The notes beneath the pieces were generated by a model. It had not been told where the DNA came from, made no database searches, and worked only from the letters and a program-made list of their open reading frames with translations. Of a stretch of 59,750 nt of DNA, positions 9,233 through 19,036 are shown piece after piece (the first letter of the stretch is position 1; every line of letters begins with the position of its first letter). The position numbers and the translations under genes are program-made. Source of the DNA: an uncultured Methanosarcinales archaeon (GTDB lineage Archaea > Nanobdellota > Nanobdellia > Woesearchaeales > CAZOXR01); NCBI GenBank assembly GCA_964566535.1, contig CAZMIO010000001.1, forward strand, positions 124,001 through 183,750. The letters are read 5' to 3'.

Positions 9233-10093
9233 ATGAAACAATCAATTTTAGAAAAAGTTTGCATCTATCTTTTAGGTAAAGGTTATATCATAAAATCATT
9301 ATCAAGAACTTGTTTTGACATCCTAGCAAGAAAAGATACAAAAATACTCCTAATCAAGATCTTAGAAGACGCCAATGCAATCTCAGAAGAATACAGCTAT
9401 GAGATGAAGAAGATCAGCTCCTACATCAACGCTTCCCCAATCATAATATCCGAAAAAGCAGGCAATAAACTTCAAGATAATGTCGTATATTCACGTTTCA
9501 ACATCCACACCCTAAATCTAGGAACCTTCAAAAGATGTGTAGAAAACAAACTACCTTTTGTTAGAAGAGACCATGCTGGGTTGATTGCGCATATTAAGGG
9601 AGATGTGCTTCGAAGGAAGATTGAAGATGAAGATATTTCACTCGGCCTACTATCAAGAAAATTAGGAGTATCAAAAAAAATGATACAAAAGTATGAAAGT
9701 GGTGCTAATATTACAATATCTAAAGCGTTTAAGCTGTATGATATATTTGGGCATAGTGTTTTTGATAAGGTTGATGTTTTTTCTGTTTCTAACTTACGTG
9801 AACATGATTCAGGTTCAGATGTTACTAAGAAATACTCCGATTTAGGTTTTGAGGCTGTAAAGACCAAGAAAGTGCCTTTTGACGTTATTGCTAAGAAGGG
9901 TAATGAGATAATCCTTACCGAGGTTGGGGATAAGGCTAATCCTCAGATTAAATCGTTGTCTAAGCTGTTAGATGCTGATAATTTGGTCATCTTTAAGAAA
10001 AATAAGCCTAAAGGTCTTCCATCTATGACTAAGAAGGAGTTTTTAGATTTTGAGAAAGCTAATGAGTTGATTAAGTTTCTGAAAGAATACTAA
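9233..10093 (+). CDS. Archaeal HTH (XRE-type) putative transcriptional regulator, COG1395-like
   Basis: CFDILARK...LLIKIL N-terminus, central HTH (SLGLLSRKLGVSKKMIQKYESG), KKVPFDVIAK. Confidence 0.85.
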   Translation: MKQSILEKVCIYLLGKGYIIKSLSRTCFDILARKDTKILLIKILEDANAISEEYSYEMKKISSYINASPIIISEKAGNKLQDNVVYSRFNIHTLNLGTFKRCVENKLPFVRRDHAGLIAHIKGDVLRRKIEDEDISLGLLSRKLGVSKKMIQKYESGANITISKAFKLYDIFGHSVFDKVDVFSVSNLREHDSGSDVTKKYSDLGFEAVKTKKVPFDVIAKKGNEIILTEVGDKANPQIKSLSKLLDADNLVIFKKNKPKGLPSMTKKEFLDFEKANELIKFLKEY

Positions 10094-10212
10094 GATTTTC
10101 TGCTTGCACAAACCAAACAATAAGTGTGGATTGTTACTCCATCATTGGTTGATAGTTTGCAATCATCAGCTGATTCTATTTGTTTCCCACAAGACTCGCA
10201 TTTATTGTACAT
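10090..10212 (-). CDS. 40-aa zinc-finger microprotein (not in ORF track)
   Basis: My translation: MYNKCESCGKQIESADDCKLSTNDGVTIHTYCLVCASRKS*. Two CxxC pairs, a GGGGA RBS-like motif and a TTTATATA box upstream. Confidence 0.7.
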   Translation of the reverse strand: MYNKCESCGKQIESADDCKLSTNDGVTIHTYCLVCASRKS

Positions 10213-10277
10213 GCTATCCCCAATTAAGAAGGAATATGTTATGAAATATATAAATTTTGCCTAAGAATCGTTAGAAT

Positions 10278-10469
10278 TTATTTAAACTTGTACTCAAACT
10301 GATTTCTTCTGCCAGATGACCTATATTGTATAGATCTTGATTTTCTTAACTTTTTAAGACAATTTGTAACAGAACCGATAGAAACCTTTAGTTTTGTACT
10401 GATTTCCCTAGCTGTATACCACTTTCTTTTGTTCTTCTTTAGGAAATCGTATATTTCTTGTTGTCCCAT
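10278..10469 (-). CDS. Small winged-helix DNA-binding protein
   Basis: QQEIYDFLKK..WYTAREISTKLKVSIGSVTNCLKKLRK HTH pattern; own TATA box. Confidence 0.8.
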   Translation of the reverse strand: MGQQEIYDFLKKNKRKWYTAREISTKLKVSIGSVTNCLKKLRKSRSIQYRSSGRRNQFEYKFK

Positions 10470-10542
10470 ATCTAGTAGGGAATAGACAAATGTTTATATA
10501 CTTATCTATTTTTAAATGAACAATTATAAAGAAAATAAAAAA

Positions 10543-10692
10543 TTATGCCTTTCCTAAGATTCGCCAAGCATCGATTCCGGAAGGTGCTTTAGCAATAGCG
10601 AATCTTCTTCCTTTTCTAGTTACTGTCTTGTATTCAGTTGCTTTAAATTTGGTTTTACCCTTTACATCATAGAAACTTAGTTCTTCAGCCAT
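10543..10692 (-). CDS. CC1/Cren7-like small chromatin protein, 49 aa (not in ORF track)
   Basis: My translation: MAEELSFYDVKGKTKFKATEYKTVTRKGRRFAIAKAPSGIDAWRILGKA*. Strong GAGGTG RBS. The pattern L.FYD.K.K..F....Y...FA.AK.P..G....R.LGK matches Thermoproteales CC1 as I recall it. Confidence 0.8.
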   Translation of the reverse strand: MAEELSFYDVKGKTKFKATEYKTVTRKGRRFAIAKAPSGIDAWRILGKA

Positions 10693-10774
10693 ATATTCCA
10701 CCTCATGTTTTTAACATAATTTAAGTTTATACTAGAAATTGAGGAGTGGATATTTAAATCTTTTGATTTTTAGG

Positions 10775-11164
10775 TTAAAAAGGAGGCTCAGCTATAAAAT
10801 CAGACCTTTCTTCGGGTTCTAAAATATCATCCAATACTTTTCCAATCAAATCCCTATCATCAGGATGAAGTTCTTGTTTCATCAGGATTTGAACTTGACT
10901 TCCACCATCAACAATTAAATCGTGATATATCCTAATCCAAGGGAAAAGTGAATCTAAACCGGAATAACTAGATATGGCAGCCACCCAAAGATTTCCTTCA
11001 TCATCCCCTAGGTATGTTTGTGCAACTATAGGTATAACAACATGAGCATGACTATTACCTGTAGAACCTAACTTTAATGGTGGTTCAAAATGAGCTGTAT
11101 ATATCTCTATTTTCCCATCTGGACTTGGTCTTTTTCCAATTGATAAAAGATACATGTCTTCCAT
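10775..11164 (-). CDS. Hypothetical protein
   Basis: 129-aa ORF filling the gap downstream of the thermosome gene; no recognised motif. Confidence 0.6.
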   Translation of the reverse strand: MEDMYLLSIGKRPSPDGKIEIYTAHFEPPLKLGSTGNSHAHVVIPIVAQTYLGDDEGNLWVAAISSYSGLDSLFPWIRIYHDLIVDGGSQVQILMKQELHPDDRDLIGKVLDDILEPEERSDFIAEPPF

Positions 11165-11191
11165 TTTAAAGAAAGAAAATAAAAAATAAAA

Positions 11192-12850
11192 CTACATACC
11201 AGGCATTCCTGGCATACCGCCCATTCCTGGAGGCATTCCGCCTGGTGGCATTCCACCGCCATCTGACTTTGTGCCGGTTCCAGCAATAACATCATCTATT
11301 CTTAGAATCATTACTGCTACTTCAGCTGCAGATGAGATTGCTTGGGTTTTGATCTTTAATGGTTCGATTACGCCCCTTTTCCAGGAATCTGTGATTTTTC
11401 CTGTAAAGACATCAACGCCAGCCCATTTCTGCTTTTTGTCGTGAGCTGATTTAAGCTCAGTTAAAATGTCAATTGGGTCTAATCCTGCGTTTTCAGCTAA
11501 TGTTATTGGGATTATCTCCACTGATTCTGCAAAGGCCCTTACAGCTAGTTGTTCTCTGCCTGATAGGGAGTCAGCATACTTCCTTAATCCCCTGGAAAGC
11601 TCTATTTCAGGTGCTCCTGCTCCTGCAACTACTTTTCCTACCTTTAGTGCTGATGCAACATCTCCTAGAGCGTCATCCATTGCCCTTTTTATTTCATCAA
11701 CAACATGCTCTGTTCCACCTCTAACTAAGATAGTAACTGCTTTTGGGTTTTTGCACTCTCTGATGTAAGTCATTTGTTCGTCTCCTACTTTGACTTCTTC
11801 AACAACTCCTGCGTTTCCCAAATCATCTTGGCTTAGATCGTCTAAGTTAGTAACTATTTTTCCGCCAGTAGCTTTTGCTAGTGCTTGCATATCTGATTGT
11901 TTAGCTCTTCTAACTGCAAAGATTCCTTTTTTTGATAAGAAATGTTGTGCAATGTCATCAATGCCTTTTTGGCAGATAATAACGTTTGCTCCTGATGCTT
12001 CTATTTTTTCTACTTTCTCTCTTAGCATCTTTTCTTCCATTTCAATAAAGCCCTGCATTTTTTCAGGGTCTGTTATTTGAATCTTAGCATCAGTTTCTGT
12101 GCTTTTGATTTCAACTGCAGAATCAACTAATGCTATTTTAGCGTTTTTAACTTGTCTTGGCATTCCTGCATGAACTCTTTCCTTGTCTAATACAATTCCT
12201 TCAACAAGTTCTGAGTCATCAACAGATGCTCCAACTTTCTTTTCTATCTTTATGTTGTCTAGGTCTACTGTTATTACTTCAGCTTCTTTTTCAGCAACTG
12301 ATTTTACTGACTTTACGGCTATGTCCGATAGTAATTCTTTTGCTGATTCTGCACCCTTACCAGTCATTGCAGTTATTGCAACATTTTTTAGGGTTGCTAG
12401 GTCTGTGTCTTTTATTTCTTCTGAGATTTCGTCTAGGATAGCTTGTGCTTTCTTTTCAGCTAATCTGTATCCTTTTGCAATAACAGTTGGATGTACTTCT
12501 TTTTCTATTAAATCTTCAGCGTTCTTTAATAGTTCTCCTGCAATTACAACTGCAGTTGTAGTTCCATCTCCAACTTCGCTTTCTTGAGTTTTTGCAACTT
12601 CAACAAGCATCTTTGCAGCTGGATGTTCTATTTGAATTTCTTCTAGAATTGTAACTCCGTCATTTGTAACGGTAATATCTCCTAATCCGTCAACAATCAT
12701 CTTGTCCATTCCTTTTGGACCTAAGGTTGTTCTTACAGTTTCTGCAACTAACTTTGCTGCCATAATATTTGTTTTCTGTGCACCTTTACCGGTGGTTCTT
12801 TGTGTGCCTTCTGGCAAAATAAATATAGGTTGTACTTGGTTATTTGTCAT
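11192..12850 (-). CDS. ths: Thermosome (group II chaperonin) subunit
   Basis: [35 protein letters not shown]-rich tail; GGAGG RBS. Confidence 0.98.
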   Translation of the reverse strand: MTNNQVQPIFILPEGTQRTTGKGAQKTNIMAAKLVAETVRTTLGPKGMDKMIVDGLGDITVTNDGVTILEEIQIEHPAAKMLVEVAKTQESEVGDGTTTAVVIAGELLKNAEDLIEKEVHPTVIAKGYRLAEKKAQAILDEISEEIKDTDLATLKNVAITAMTGKGAESAKELLSDIAVKSVKSVAEKEAEVITVDLDNIKIEKKVGASVDDSELVEGIVLDKERVHAGMPRQVKNAKIALVDSAVEIKSTETDAKIQITDPEKMQGFIEMEEKMLREKVEKIEASGANVIICQKGIDDIAQHFLSKKGIFAVRRAKQSDMQALAKATGGKIVTNLDDLSQDDLGNAGVVEEVKVGDEQMTYIRECKNPKAVTILVRGGTEHVVDEIKRAMDDALGDVASALKVGKVVAGAGAPEIELSRGLRKYADSLSGREQLAVRAFAESVEIIPITLAENAGLDPIDILTELKSAHDKKQKWAGVDVFTGKITDSWKRGVIEPLKIKTQAISSAAEVAVMILRIDDVIAGTGTKSDGGGMPPGGMPPGMGGMPGMPGM

Positions 12851-12916
12851 GTTTTTTCCCCTCCAATTGTGGAAAAGGTAAGTGACTGGTTCTATATAAG
12901 GGTTTTGGTTTTAGAA

Positions 12917-13519
12917 TTAGTGTCCAACTACCCTTAAAGGTACTCTGTCGGCTAGTTTTTCTAATCTTATTGGTGCTCCACGATACATTGCTTCAGATAC
13001 TTCTTCTACAACTTCGCCAGGTAAAGTGACTACACTGGGGTCTGTTTTCATCCTAAGTTCGAATAGTGATTTTGTTAAACCTTCGAAATCTGTTGCCAAC
13101 CTGGAGCATAAACCACTACCGGATACTCTAAGATTTGCGCGTGCAGACACAGCATACTGATATGCCGTTCTTCCAGATTCAATATAATGTCTTATTCCTA
13201 AGCTTGCTCTTCTTGCTTTTGCTGCATAACCTGGAAAAAAGCCAGCCAACCATAAGTAAGTATCACCGACTTGTCTAAAACTGCCATATCTCTCTGATAC
13301 TCTATCACTTTTCCATATCTGATCAAATCTTTCTGAATCAGATAATCCATCTGATAAGAATTTTAATCTACGCCTTTCGGTGTGTTCAACCATAATTTGG
13401 GCAACATGTCCCCTAACCTCTCCATCATCAATACCTTCAAGATTTAACCAGAAATATCGTTGAAGATCCCTATTACTTGTATTTGAAATTATTTCCCCAC
13501 CAGGATCTATAACGCCCAT
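12917..13519 (-). CDS. Hypothetical protein resembling an uncharacterised bacterial family (GD..L..AG.FP...HY...G..AY)
   Basis: RQVGDTYLWLAGFFPG...HYIESGRTAY...RLATDF; family recognised from memory only. Confidence 0.65.
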   Translation of the reverse strand: MGVIDPGGEIISNTSNRDLQRYFWLNLEGIDDGEVRGHVAQIMVEHTERRRLKFLSDGLSDSERFDQIWKSDRVSERYGSFRQVGDTYLWLAGFFPGYAAKARRASLGIRHYIESGRTAYQYAVSARANLRVSGSGLCSRLATDFEGLTKSLFELRMKTDPSVVTLPGEVVEEVSEAMYRGAPIRLEKLADRVPLRVVGH

Positions 13520-13605
13520 CTTACAAATTTGAAGGGCATAGGAAATATTTAAATCTTGTTAAATTCTGAAATAAATTTAAATAATGAGGGCCATTACTCT
13601 GATTA

Positions 13606-13953
13606 ATGTCGGACCCTGAGATGAGTAAAGAAAAAGAGATTGAGAATATAGGGGTCAGTTGGTTGGAAAGGGTTATTATCAATTGGGCTACTCCAGTAGA
13701 ATTCTTCTTAGTTAAGCCGGTTGTAAAATATGAGCCATGTGGTGGGAGATTTAACGAATTCTTTACTGAAGAGGTTTGCGAAGATGGTCTTTGGAAAGCT
13801 AAGGTAAACAAATATAAAAGATTGAAATATATAGCAAATAGATATGATGGCCGAGTACCAGAAACTGTTTTATCATTATATAGGAGAACTGCATGTGGGC
13901 ATATTGAATATGCTACCCTTAGAGTTTCTAATTATCTTCGAGGAGAACATTAG
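13606..13953 (+). CDS. Hypothetical protein
   Basis: 115-aa ORF with TTTAAATA 22 nt upstream of the ATG. Confidence 0.6.
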   Translation: MSDPEMSKEKEIENIGVSWLERVIINWATPVEFFLVKPVVKYEPCGGRFNEFFTEEVCEDGLWKAKVNKYKRLKYIANRYDGRVPETVLSLYRRTACGHIEYATLRVSNYLRGEH

Positions 13954-14906
13954 TTTTCAAATCCACTACTCTTAATTATATCTCTATCTTTTGTTATCAA
14001 TAAACCTTTGACATTATCTAATGTTTCTATTAGTTTTAGACCTTCTTCTTTTCCTAGTACGAAAACTGAGGTTGCTAATGCGTCAGCGTCGATAGCTTTG
14101 TCTGTTATGATTGTTACTGAGATTAGTTCGGTTGCTGAATAGCCAGTGTTTGGGTTGATTATATGGTGGAATTTCTTTTCTGGGTCGAAGTATCTCTCGT
14201 AGTCTCCTGATGTTGCAACTGCTTTGTTGTTTATGTTTAGGATTGTTATGTATTGACTTTTGTCTCTTGGGTTTTCTAATGCAATTTGCCAATTGTTTGT
14301 TGGTTTTTTTCCAATTGCTCTCATGTCTCCGCCTGCATTTACTAGGGCGTGTTGGATGTTGTTTTTTTGTAAAGTTTCAATTGCTTTGTCTATTACGTAG
14401 CCTTTTGCGATTCCGCCTAAGGTAACTTTCATATTTTCTTTTAGTTCAATTTTACTTTTTCCAATGGTTAAATCTTTGTAATTAATTAATTCTAAGGTGG
14501 TTTTTATCTCTTCTTCTGTTGGTGGTTTGTTGTTTTCTGCGAATGAGGTTTTGTATAAGTCCAGGATTGGTTGTACGGTTATGTCGAATGAGCCTTGTGA
14601 GATTTCAGAGTAGTAGTTTGATTTTTCTAAGTTGATTAGTAAGTCTTTGCTTGGTGAGTTGATGTACTTATCTTTATTTAGGAAAGAGACTTCGCTATTT
14701 TCTTTGTAGCTAGAAAGTAAACTATCAATTCTTATTATTTCGTTATATGCTTCGTTGATAGCTTGTTGTGCTAACTCCTGGTCTTCATGGTAAACTGTTA
14801 TTGTGACGAAGGTTCCCATTAATTCCCTTGTTTCTTTGACTTCTAGGGGAGTTTGGCAGCTGGTTAATAGAATTGCAAGTAATAGTAAAGGGATTAGTTG
14901 TTTCAT
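13950..14906 (-). CDS. apbE: FAD:protein FMN transferase (lipoprotein)
   Basis: Lipobox LTSC, LMGT, FDITV, LGGIAKGY, VNAGGDM, ATSGDYERY, ADALAT; divergent from rnf. Confidence 0.96.
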   Translation of the reverse strand: MKQLIPLLLLAILLTSCQTPLEVKETRELMGTFVTITVYHEDQELAQQAINEAYNEIIRIDSLLSSYKENSEVSFLNKDKYINSPSKDLLINLEKSNYYSEISQGSFDITVQPILDLYKTSFAENNKPPTEEEIKTTLELINYKDLTIGKSKIELKENMKVTLGGIAKGYVIDKAIETLQKNNIQHALVNAGGDMRAIGKKPTNNWQIALENPRDKSQYITILNINNKAVATSGDYERYFDPEKKFHHIINPNTGYSATELISVTIITDKAIDADALATSVFVLGKEEGLKLIETLDNVKGLLITKDRDIIKSSGFEN

Positions 14907-14949
14907 TGGTTGGAAGGATTAATGGTTTATTAAAAATGTTTTCATAACA

Positions 14950-14957
14950 TTTAAATA
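14950..14957 (+). promoter_or_regulatory. TATA box of the rnf operon (leaderless spacing)
   Basis: TTTAAATA ending 23 nt before the rnfC ATG, with no RBS in between. Confidence 0.6.
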
Positions 14958-14980
14958 ATAAATCAGAAGAAGATTACCTT

Positions 14981-16282
14981 ATGCAGAACTTTATCGGTGG
15001 GATACACCCTAATTATTCTAAGTTGACTGAAAAAGAGGAAATTAAGGTAATGAATACTCCTAAAAAGGTAGTTATTCCTCTGTCAATGCATATTGGGGCT
15101 CCTTGTAAAGCTATTGTTGATGTTGGGGATAGAGTTAAGGTTGGGCAGAAGATTGGGGAAGCTGAGGGTTTTGTTTCTGCGCCAATACATTCAAGTATTT
15201 CTGGTACGGTTAGGTTGATTAAGGATATGCCTCATCCGCTTGGGACTACTGTAAGTTCTGTTGTTATTGAGTCTGATGATGCAAATGAATGGGTTGAGTC
15301 GGTTAAGGCCAGGAATAATGTTGATCATTTTTCTAAGGACGAGTTGAATAAGATTGTTCAAGAATCTGGAATTGTTGGATTGGGTGGAGCTGCTTTTCCT
15401 ACTCATGTTAAGCTGAGTGTTAAGGATAAGAAAATAGATACTGTTATTTTGAATGGAGCTGAGTGTGAGCCTTATCTTACTGCTGATCATAGTTTAATGG
15501 CTAAGGAGTATGAGAAGATTATCAAGGGTTTGAAGTTGATAATGAAGATTGTTGGTGCTTCTAAGGGAATAATTGGGGTAGAGGACAATAAATCTGATGT
15601 TATTCAAACTATGGCAGATAGGGCTAAGGTAATTCAAGGAGATATTTCTGTTGTTTCACTAAAAACTCTGTATCCTCAAGGTGCTGAGAAGATGTTGATC
15701 TATTCTTTGTTGGGTCGGAAGGTTCCTCCTCGAGGATTGCCGTTGGATGTTAATGTTGTTGTTAATAATGTTGGAACTGCAAAAGCTGTTTATGATGCTG
15801 TTTATGAAGGGAAGCCTTTGATTGAGAGGGTTGTTACTGTTACTGGTGTTGTTAGGGAGCCTAAGAATTTACTGGTTAAGATTGGAACTTTATTTGATGA
15901 TGTTATTAAGGAATGTGGTGGAGCTAGGGAGGGTGTTAAGAAGATTATATCTGGCGGACCGATGATGGGAATTTCGCAGAAGACTGCTTTAGTTCCTGTT
16001 GTTAAAGGGACTTCTGGGATTTTGCTTTTGGATAAGATAACTGTTGATGAAAAGTTAACTTGTATAAGATGCTCAAGGTGTGTTGATGTTTGTCCTATGT
16101 TTTTATTGCCGACTACAATTGCTCAGCATGCTGATAAGGAGTTGTATGATTTGGCTGAGTCTTATAATGCTGTAGATTGTTTTGAATGTGGTTGTTGTGC
16201 TTATGTTTGTCCTAGCAAGATTCCACTGGTTGAGATGATTAAGAAGGGGAAGATGGAGATTATGAAGAGGGCGAAGAAGTAA
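14981..16282 (+). CDS. rnfC: Rnf complex subunit C
   Basis: GGIHP, GIVGLGGAAFPTHVK, NGAECEPYLTAD, GGPMMG and two CxxCxxCxxxCP clusters. Confidence 0.97.
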   Translation: MQNFIGGIHPNYSKLTEKEEIKVMNTPKKVVIPLSMHIGAPCKAIVDVGDRVKVGQKIGEAEGFVSAPIHSSISGTVRLIKDMPHPLGTTVSSVVIESDDANEWVESVKARNNVDHFSKDELNKIVQESGIVGLGGAAFPTHVKLSVKDKKIDTVILNGAECEPYLTADHSLMAKEYEKIIKGLKLIMKIVGASKGIIGVEDNKSDVIQTMADRAKVIQGDISVVSLKTLYPQGAEKMLIYSLLGRKVPPRGLPLDVNVVVNNVGTAKAVYDAVYEGKPLIERVVTVTGVVREPKNLLVKIGTLFDDVIKECGGAREGVKKIISGGPMMGISQKTALVPVVKGTSGILLLDKITVDEKLTCIRCSRCVDVCPMFLLPTTIAQHADKELYDLAESYNAVDCFECGCCAYVCPSKIPLVEMIKKGKMEIMKRAKK

Positions 16283-16283
16283 G

Positions 16284-17201
16284 ATGGAAGAAAAGCACTT
16301 GATTGTTGATAACTCGCCGCACATTAAGGATAAAGATAGTGTGATGAGTATAATGTGGTGGGTTGTTATTGCATTATTACCTGCTGCTGGTGCTGGGGTT
16401 TATTACTTTGGTATTAGTGCTTTGTGGATTATACTAGTTAGTGTTCTTAGTGCTGTTATTACTGAGACTGTGATTCAGAAGTTTATGGGTAGAAATAATA
16501 CTGTTAAAGATGGTTCTGCTGTTATTACTGGGTTGCTTTTAGCTTTAGTGTTGCCGCCAACTGTTCCTTTGTGGCTTGCTGCTGTGGGATCTATAATTGC
16601 TATTGCGATTGCTAAGTTTGCTTTTGGCGGTTTAGGATTTAATATTTTTAATCCTGCTTTGATTGGAAGGGCTTTTTTAGTCGGTTCTTGGCCAATACTA
16701 ATGACAACTTGGTTAAGTCCAGATGGACTTACATCTGCAACTCCACTTGGAGCGTTGAAGGTTGGTGGAGAATTAATTGCAACAAATATGCAGATGTTTC
16801 TAGGGAATATTGGCGGGACAATAGGGGAGACTTCTGTTGTTGCTATTCTTGTCGGTGCTTTGATCTTGTTTTTGAAGAAGATAATTAATTGGAGAATTCC
16901 TGCAACTTATATTGGAACGGTGTTTGTATTTGCGTGGATATTTGGTCAGGATGCAATATTTCATATTTTAGGTGGAGGATTAATGCTTGGTGCGTTTTTT
17001 ATGGCCACTGATTATGTTACTTCGCCAATCACTAGGAATGGGAAGTTTGTATTTGGAGTTGGTTGTGGGTTGTTAACTATAATCATTAGAGTGTTTGGAG
17101 GAATAAACGAGGGAGTTATGTATTCAATATTGTTGATGAATGCTTTTACCCCTATAATTGATAGATATACTCAGCCTAAAGTTTTTGGAGCTAAAAAATG
17201 A
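16284..17201 (+). CDS. rnfD: Rnf complex subunit D
   Basis: SPHI, FGGLGFNIFNPAL, FMN site DGLTSATPL, GTIGETS, FFMATDYVTSP. Confidence 0.97.
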   Translation: MEEKHLIVDNSPHIKDKDSVMSIMWWVVIALLPAAGAGVYYFGISALWIILVSVLSAVITETVIQKFMGRNNTVKDGSAVITGLLLALVLPPTVPLWLAAVGSIIAIAIAKFAFGGLGFNIFNPALIGRAFLVGSWPILMTTWLSPDGLTSATPLGALKVGGELIATNMQMFLGNIGGTIGETSVVAILVGALILFLKKIINWRIPATYIGTVFVFAWIFGQDAIFHILGGGLMLGAFFMATDYVTSPITRNGKFVFGVGCGLLTIIIRVFGGINEGVMYSILLMNAFTPIIDRYTQPKVFGAKK

Positions 17202-17764
17202 GTGAGACGATACAATTAGTTACAGTGCTTGTTGTCATTAGTATAATTTCAGGTGTAGCTTTGTCTCTTACTTTTGATGCTACTGATCCTATTATTCAGC
17301 AGAATAAAGTTGATGATTTGATTAAGTCGTTATCTGATGTTTTAGCAGCGGATAGTTTTGAAGAGGTTGACATTTCAACTGGCAGTATATTGAAAGTGTA
17401 CAAGGGTTTTGATAAAGAAGGGAAGTTAGTTGGATTGGTGGTGTTGTCTGAACAAGCTGGATTCCAGAGTTATATTAAGATCTTGACTGGGATTGATATT
17501 AAATCAAGAAAGATAACAAAAGTTAAGGTATTAGAGCACTTGGAAACTCCAGGACTCGGTGCTAGGATTGATGAGGATGAGTTTTTATCTCAATTCCAGG
17601 ATAAATGGCTTAAGGAAGAAGTTGATGGTGTAACATCTGCAACAGTAGCAACTGTTGATGCTATTACTGGAGCGACAATATCCTCATCTACAGTAATTGG
17701 GACTGTTGGTGAGAGTCTAGAAGGTGTCTTAAGATTAATTAAAGAAGAGAATCTACTAAAATGA
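17198..17764 (+). CDS. rnfG: Rnf complex subunit G
   Basis: N-terminal TM helix, HLETPGLG, VDAITGATISS flavinylation motif. Confidence 0.95.
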   Translation: MSETIQLVTVLVVISIISGVALSLTFDATDPIIQQNKVDDLIKSLSDVLAADSFEEVDISTGSILKVYKGFDKEGKLVGLVVLSEQAGFQSYIKILTGIDIKSRKITKVKVLEHLETPGLGARIDEDEFLSQFQDKWLKEEVDGVTSATVATVDAITGATISSSTVIGTVGESLEGVLRLIKEENLLK

Positions 17765-18396
17765 GTTTTGCGCAACTACTAAAAGGAATATGGAAACAGA
17801 ATCCGATATTTAGGTTAGTTTTAGGTATGTGTCCTACTCTTGCTGTTACGACTGCTGCTGTAAATGGCCTTGCGATGGGGCTTGCTACACTCTTTGTGTT
17901 GTTAAGTTCTGCTTTGATTGTTTCCTTGATTAGGAAAGTAATTCCGACTAAGGTAAGGATACCAAGTTTTATTGTTATAATTGCTACTTTTGTTACGATT
18001 GCAGATTATATACTTGCTGCAACTGTTCCCCCTATTCATAAGGTTCTAGGGATATATGTTCCTTTGATTGTTGTGAACTGTATTATACTTGGTAGAATGG
18101 AGGCTTTTGCTTCTAAGAATTCAATTGGAACTTCTCTAATGGATGCTTTAGGGATGGGTCTTGGTTTTACTCTTGGTTTGGTGATATTGGGTTCGGTTAG
18201 GGAATTACTTGGGTTTGGTACTTTGTTTGGTGTTGGTTTGTTGGGTTCGTGGTATCCTCAGATGTTGATTATGAAACTGCCAACTGGTGCTTTTGTTACA
18301 CTTGGATTATTAATTGGGTTGATGAATTATATGTCGAAGAAGAAGACTTTGAAGACAACTTGCCATGATGCCGGTGGAGCTGATAAGAATGGTTAA
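17761..18396 (+). CDS. rnfE: Rnf complex subunit E
   Basis: LGMCPTLAVT, RIP, PLIVVNCIILGR, RELLG. Confidence 0.97.
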   Translation: MSFAQLLKGIWKQNPIFRLVLGMCPTLAVTTAAVNGLAMGLATLFVLLSSALIVSLIRKVIPTKVRIPSFIVIIATFVTIADYILAATVPPIHKVLGIYVPLIVVNCIILGRMEAFASKNSIGTSLMDALGMGLGFTLGLVILGSVRELLGFGTLFGVGLLGSWYPQMLIMKLPTGAFVTLGLLIGLMNYMSKKKTLKTTCHDAGGADKNG

Positions 18397-18964
18397 TTTG
18401 TTTTCGATATTCTTTGCAGCGGCCGTTGTTAATAATTTTGTATTTTATAGATTCTTAGGTATATGTCCATTTTTAGGTGTTTCACGTAAGACGAGGTCTG
18501 CAGTTGGCATGGGACTAGCAGTAACGTTTGTTATGGTTGTTGCTGGTAGTATTACTTGGATGATACAGCACTGGTTACTTGATGCTTTTGGTCTGCCGTT
18601 TTTACAGTATGTTTCGTTTATTTTAGTGATTGCTTCACTTGTGCAGCTGATAGAGATGTATATGAAGAAACATCAGGAAGCTTTGTATAAGGCTTTTGGG
18701 ATTTATCTGCCGTTGATTACTACGAATTGTGCTATTTTGGGTCTTGCTTTACTTAATGTTTTGAATAATTATAACTTTATAGAAAGTTTAGTGTTTTCAA
18801 TTGGTGCTGGTGCTGGTTTTACGCTTGCTTTGGTGATTATGTCTGGTATTCGTGAAAGGTTGGAGTTAGCTGATATTCCTGATGCTTTGCAAGGGATACC
18901 AATTGCTTTGATAATTGCTGGTTTGCTTGCGCTTGCTTTTAGTGGGTTTAGTGGGATGATATAA
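18389..18964 (+). CDS. rnfA: Rnf complex subunit A
   Basis: FLGICPFLGVS, LPLITTNCAILG, GIRERL; start moved to the ATG at 18389. Confidence 0.97.
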   Translation: MVNLFSIFFAAAVVNNFVFYRFLGICPFLGVSRKTRSAVGMGLAVTFVMVVAGSITWMIQHWLLDAFGLPFLQYVSFILVIASLVQLIEMYMKKHQEALYKAFGIYLPLITTNCAILGLALLNVLNNYNFIESLVFSIGAGAGFTLALVIMSGIRERLELADIPDALQGIPIALIIAGLLALAFSGFSGMI

Positions 18965-19036
18965 GTTCGTGGATTAATCTGAATAACTGCTTCTGAAAGA
19001 TAATATTTATATATCTTAGTACATTGCCTATTAGTT

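Noticed and set aside
11195..11262. Short repeats at the 3' end of the thermosome gene
   Set aside because: Ordinary GGM/PGM chaperonin tail
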